The notes below the pieces were generated by a model. It saw nothing but the letters and a program-made list of their open reading frames with translations. It made no database searches and was not told the origin of the DNA. From Trichoplax adhaerens (lineage: Eukaryota; Animalia; Placozoa): a stretch of DNA of 29,624 nt. The translations under genes and the position numbers were made by a program. Each line of letters opens with the position of its first letter. The stretch's first letter is position 1. Positions 24,690-29,624 of this stretch are shown in pieces. Location of the stretch: the NCBI RefSeq assembly GCF_000150275.1, contig NW_002060943.1, forward strand, positions 8,843,233 to 8,872,856, read 5' to 3'.

Positions 24690-27600
24690 CTAGAGAAAGG
24701 CATACACAACTTATTAATATACAGTATAGTCATCCATGCAATCTTCAGGGTTGTTAAAATACTAGATTCACTCTTGCTTCAATCTTAAACTTGCCTGCTT
24801 CAATCTAAATTGTGATGCAAACCGTCCAGCAGTATTTCTGATTAAGCTACCAAAGGAAAAGAAACTGCCGCCATACCTTTAACAAAATGTACAAATTTTA
24901 GTCATAATTATAAACATTCCCTTGATTCGAATACTAGTAAACATCATATAATGTATAAGATTTTACGTTTTCCTAATATATGCCCAATTAGCACGAACGA
25001 AGTCCCATGCGAGAGGCCTGCCAACCAAGTTATTGGCAATGTAACCAATAACAACAGTAGAATCTTGGGAACGAACTTTAGCAGGATCAATGGACCACCT
25101 TAAGTACCTACAAACAGTTCAATAATTTTTTGAATGTTTAGTGTACGAGAATTAAGTTAATTAATCATTGCAATTGGTAAATCCATCATCAGAAGTCACA
25201 ATGTACCTATTCAGAATCCACGGTTCCTTTGAATATGACAAAGCATCTAATATAGTTCGTTTTTCGGAAGCGACATTCGTTTTATAGAAGTAATTATACA
25301 GGAAATCCCACTCTGCGATACCTCCATTAGCTATACCAAAACGGTATACAACCGCCTTCAAGTTCGGTTTTACGCTAATGTTGAATAGACGATTGATCTC
25401 ACTATCCCCGCTTTGCAAAAAGTCACCTTGACTATGCAAGTATTCTGTATTTCCAGGTAAAATTAAATATCAACATTAACTTACGCATTATTTGTGGGGT
25501 CCGCCATAAAGCGACGGAAAAGCAAAGTTGCATTATCTAAACATGGCTTGTATCCAAATCCACAACCAATAGTTAAGGCCGACATACGCAATAATCTGAT
25601 TAAATTTGATGGCTTATATCAATTATTGAAATTATGGTAATTTTATAATTTTAAGGTAGTAATTAGTATGTTCAGTTTTTAAAGCTTACTATTAATACAT
25701 AATTATAGTAAAAAGTTAAAAATACTCACTTCTGAGTATGACTCCCTTTGTCTTCAAAGCCAATCGTGTCCAATAAAGGCTTTAATTGCTTCAAGTAATA
25801 TTGCTAAATAATAGGGTATATAAATAAAAGCTCATAATAAGCTTATCACATTCATAATGTGAGATTATTTTATTATAGTTGTATAATTAAATATATGCGT
25901 CTAAGTATACATATCTGTCATTTACACTAACCGAAAAGTAACCGTAGGATGAACGATATGATATGATGGATCCAATAGCGCCAAGTACAGAGTTTGCAGT
26001 CCTCCAAGGAACATAGCTTCTTTCTTTCGTAAGATACTTTGTTGTGCCAAATGCGATGTCGAGTACTTGGAGACTTCAAGGGTTCATTATAATTATCGAT
26101 CAGTCCCTTATTACCTTGCAAGATTAAAAGCGTCATCAAGTAGATTGGAGAAATCTCTTTTTGATAATGCCTGTCACGCATACGGAAAGCAACGATCAGT
26201 ATTTCATGAATATTTCAATACGTTATAAGCACATATGTCAAACACTATAAAATCAATCAACATTTTTTAAATGCACGCCATCATTATTGGAAAAACTTAC
26301 CGGTTGTGTTTTCTGCATTTCCTGGATGAGGAGATTCCAATTACTTACTGGATAGTTAACTCGGTAATAGCCATAAGCATCTTTGTTGGCCTTCAGCCAA
26401 GTACCAGCTGGCCAAGCTATATTGAGAGCTATTTAGGAATTTAAAATTACATAATTACCAAACTTGTTGTAAAGTACAAAATACTCACACACAACATTAG
26501 ATTTTAGATCGCTACAGTACTTGCAAAATACTTTTAATCTATCTAACTATTTATAATCCACATATGCATGAACGTAGCTTACTGGAACTCATGTTAACCA
26601 TTGCACTTCGAATTGTGTTCGGCGAATTTCCAAGAATGTATTTAAGCGGGATATTCCACTTGTATCTATTAATTTAAAGCAATTAGCCAAGTCTAGCTTT
26701 CTGATAAGCTTACGCGGATCAAATTTTATTCATCTTTAATAAATGTAATTAGAGATACTACTAATAATAAATAAATATTATCATACCCATAGGGTGACCT
26801 GAATTTTGAGGTTGCTGGATCAACCTCGGGATTTTTATTATTGGGATCCAACAAGAAACGTTTTTGTGAGAGTCGAGCTTGAGAACCTGTATTCGTGATA
26901 GTAACGACAGGAAATCCCATTTGCAGTGTCCAAGTATCCATAACATCAGTAACATTTATCCTGTAAGAAATGGCCTTAAATGTTGCCATAATAATTCGAT
27001 CAATGATGTGCTACGGGCAATTAACTACAGAACTTTATGATAGTGCTTGTAAATCATTAATATACATATCCGATTAAATTTTACCTCCGATAAAGTTTGC
27101 CAAAGATCTCGAGTTACAGCATTCCGATATTCGAATTTTTTTAAGTATCTCTACATTTAAGAAAAGTAAACGTACGATAAAGAGATAATCTAAAAACTTT
27201 TAAGCCATCAATGTGCAATCAGTTTTAGAATATATGTCATACCGAAATGCCATTCTTGAAATCCAAATTACCCATCATATCTCTCATCATTCTAATGATC
27301 GATGCACCCTACATTATAATTAAAAGATTACTTACTAACTTCTATTACAGTACCAACGTTTCAAAAAAATTAAAATATCCACAATTCAAAAATAGGTTTC
27401 AAAGAGAACAGACCTTCGCGTAAGAAATTGTGTCGAAAACTTCATTAATTTCGTCGGGATGATAAACAGTAACTTGGACAGGATGTGAAGTTACAAATGC
27501 ATCCAAAGAGAAGGCGCGCTGTACGTCGATAGGTACAAATTGATCGAGCTATTCAAACAAAGAGCACAACAATTGTAAATTTTTAGCAATATAAAACTAT

Positions 27601-29103
27601 AGGGAAATCACGTATTATCTATCCACTGTGGTGATCATCATTCTCTAATTATTGGGGAAATTTAAAATTATGTATTACCATTTCCCATGTAGGTTGATAA
27701 TGATCAGTGCCGAGATATTCCATGAAACTAGCAAAGCCTTCGTTAAGCCAAAGATCATCCCACCACTTCATAGTGACTAAATTACCAAACCACTACATGT
27801 TCAAATAGAAATTGAATAACTTAGTTCACAACAAGAGAGTAACGTAGGAGCTCATATCAATAATTTTTATTAACCATATGAGCCAATTCATGAGCCACTA
27901 CATAAGCAACACGTTGCTGATTGTTAGCTGCAGAGACATTTGGATCATATAATAAAGCAGTTTCGCGATAGAGAATTAAACCCCAATTTTCCATGGCCCC
28001 AGCAGCAAAGTCAGGAACTGCTACCATGTCTATTAGTTATTAAGGTGGCGATAGGTATCAAGCGATTAGCAAAGCAAGAATAATGAAATGTATCAAACAG
28101 CAAACTAATTACCGCATTATCAAGCATTACCTTGTTTCGGCAATGGGAAAGGAATACCGAAAAAATCTTCGAAGTAATCAGTTATATTAACACCACCAAT
28201 TAAAGCGAAATTGCCCTGATTGATAGTATCGGTAGTTGCCCAAACCCTTATCTAGATCCAATTTTAGTAAAATTTAGCTCCGCTGAGAAATTTTTAATTA
28301 ATTTTAAATTGTATAAACAGGCAACATGAAACATAAAGCTGTTTACTATTTATGTTAACATACCGGTACTCTGTTTTTGGTCATCATTTCGATGTAAGTA
28401 AAATCGGCTAACACAAATGCAAGTAAGTACGAACTCATCCTAACACTGGCTGTAATAAATTGAAATATCGATCGTTAAGTACAGTTTCTATTTTAACAAT
28501 AATAAAACAACGTATGCAAAGACTGAAATTTAATTACCAGGCTACATCAATGGTCAATGTATCAAGGTGACAATACAACCTGCAAAGTCTTTCTTTGTAC
28601 TGTACTACGCTAGATATGAAGTATCGTTCACTAAACTTACTGTTGTAGTCATATCTTCTAAAACCAGGGCGATTAGGTATTGTAACATTTCTTTGAATTG
28701 GCATATTCCATAGAACGCTCGTATAATTTGATTGAGTAATGATTGTTGCTGTAAAATTGGCCTTCAATTCAGGCTCATCAAAGAGAGGTATAATCTTACG
28801 TGCGTCAGTTGGTTGACATTGGCTAGCTGCGATATTTCTAAATTGGAAAAAATAACATTGCATAAAATTTTAGAAATGCAACAAATTTACTTCACAATTG
28901 TTAGGATTTACAGCAACACATTGACGTAACGATTGCTTCCCCCTCAATTTTTTTTTGAATTCCGTCATTTCGATACTCGATTAACAAATTTAAAGTAACC
29001 TATCGTGCCGTTCGCATTCGCAACCCTACCCATCAAATACGACATAAGTAATTTCCCCTGCTTTAAAATAAACTCCATATCTAAAAATGAAGAGCCGCTT
29101 GTG
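24546..29103 (-). CDS. Gene span of an M1-family zinc aminopeptidase (aminopeptidase N / ERAP / PSA-like). It is multi-exon. The 5' exons were not found and are probably beyond 29103 or off-window.
   Basis: GAMEN and HEXXH-X18-E motifs. The exons are collinear with ERAP1/APN from the FYRS.Y...ARK..PCFDEP region through the C-terminal ERAP1_C-like domain to the stop. Confidence 0.9.
24795..24876 (-). CDS. Aminopeptidase exon: (T)[27 protein letters not shown], followed by a GC-AG intron
   Basis: Matches ERAP1 ELGSSSIAHMVMGTTNQFSTRTRLEEV. The only frame-preserving donor is gcaagt (GC at 24794-24793 on the minus strand). Confidence 0.7.
27679..27792 (-). CDS. Aminopeptidase exon: [38 protein letters not shown]
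   Basis: Carries the third zinc ligand, Glu in LNEGFA, exactly 18 residues after HELAH. It is 38 codons, in phase 0. Confidence 0.9.
27875..28029 (-). CDS. Aminopeptidase catalytic exon: [52 protein letters not shown]
   Basis: GAMEN exopeptidase motif and HEXXH zinc-binding motif. Both are hallmarks of gluzincin M1 aminopeptidases. Confidence 0.95.
28364..28449 (-). CDS. Aminopeptidase exon: (T)[28 protein letters not shown]
   Basis: Matches the conserved MSTYLLAFIVSEFDYVE block of M1 enzymes. Confidence 0.85.
28641..28826 (-). CDS. Aminopeptidase exon: (A)[61 protein letters not shown]
   Basis: Matches TQFEPTdARkaFPCFDEPa.KAtF.itl, the S1 pocket region of M1 peptidases. Confidence 0.85.
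29000..29103 (-). CDS. Aminopeptidase exon: (x)[34 protein letters not shown](A). This is the most upstream exon I can identify.
   Basis: Collinear with PSA/ERAP tGtL.idF.Ge..dkmkGFYRS.Y region. About 100-150 N-terminal residues must lie further upstream. Confidence 0.6.
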
Positions 29104-29149
29104 CTACAATAATGATCACAACATTTGTTTTGGCACATGGCACTACGAC

Positions 29150-29560
29150 TGGTGTTGACAACGCTAAACCGTAGTACAGTACAGTATAGTGAATTATTTA
29201 CAGTACAGTACTTTGCGCGATTGTAATTTCGAAACTGGCCAATCAAATTCAGCTTCCAATTTACGTCACAGAGAGGCTGATTTGATAGATTGTTATTCCG
29301 TCGAGGACACGTTTCCTGTGGTCATGTAACCAGCATTCGGTGCGCACTTTTTAGAGCTCCAGTAGTAGGAAAAGGATTACAGCACGGTACTGTACACTGA
29401 GTGTACAGTACGGGCCTCATTTTAGAGCTCCAGTAGTACAGTACAGTACTGTACAATCATAGACTACTACAGTACAGTACTATATGTACAAAAAACACTG
29501 TAGACTGTAGTCCATGGTACTGTACTGTACAGTACAGTACAGTACTGTAAAAAAGACTTC
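29150..29560. repeat. (GTACA/TACAG)n palindromic satellite block with an embedded ~70-bp higher-order unit. The 19-mer ttttagagctccagtagta occurs at 29349 and 29420.
   Basis: tgtactgtacagtacagtacagtactgtaaaaaa (29521-29554) and many shorter runs, read directly. Confidence 0.85.
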
Positions 29561-29624
29561 TCCGATAGGGCAATACGGTACAGTGGAAAACTCTCTTTAA
29601 AATGAGAGTCTGGTGAATCAGCCG

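Noticed and set aside
13978-29103. The prompt hints at a novel (prokaryotic) system. I considered a NACHT STAND NTPase with an adjacent metallopeptidase as a phage-defence island.
   Set aside because: Every coding block is interrupted by phase-consistent GT-AG introns (one GC-AG). The homologies run along eukaryotic TEP1, PRMT3 and M1 aminopeptidase, with the standard genetic code. This is eukaryotic nuclear DNA, and the peptidase is an ordinary convergent neighbour gene.

Overview
This window is AT-rich, intron-dense eukaryotic nuclear DNA, most likely from an invertebrate animal. It is not a prokaryotic locus. The six-frame ORF track is misleading here because the real exons are short (40-300 nt) and separated by GT-AG introns of about 40-250 nt. 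Chaining exons by splice phase and by homology gives three genes. (1) On the minus strand, 3035-6974, an ortholog of PRMT3, the protein arginine N-methyltransferase with an N-terminal C2H2 zinc finger. (2) On the plus strand, 8564-23648, a giant gene of about 45 exons encoding a TEP1-like protein (telomerase/vault-associated protein 1). Its parts, in order, are a low-complexity N-terminal repeat region, a TROVE domain, a conserved module I recall as Pfam DUF4062 (as in NWD1/TEP1), a NACHT P-loop NTPase, and more than 20 WD40 repeats. (3) On the minus strand, 24546 to at least 29103, an M1-family zinc aminopeptidase with the GAMEN and HEXXH-X18-E motifs. Its 5' end runs into or past a satellite block near the window edge. 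The non-coding DNA is dominated by a palindromic pentanucleotide satellite, (GTACA/TACAG)n, at four or more loci, plus a 73-bp tandem repeat and a cluster of CACACTA/TAGTGTG motifs. I found no CRISPR array, rRNA or tRNA that I can support. The most interesting element is the complete TEP1-type STAND NTPase gene. I see no evidence of an undescribed prokaryotic-style system.
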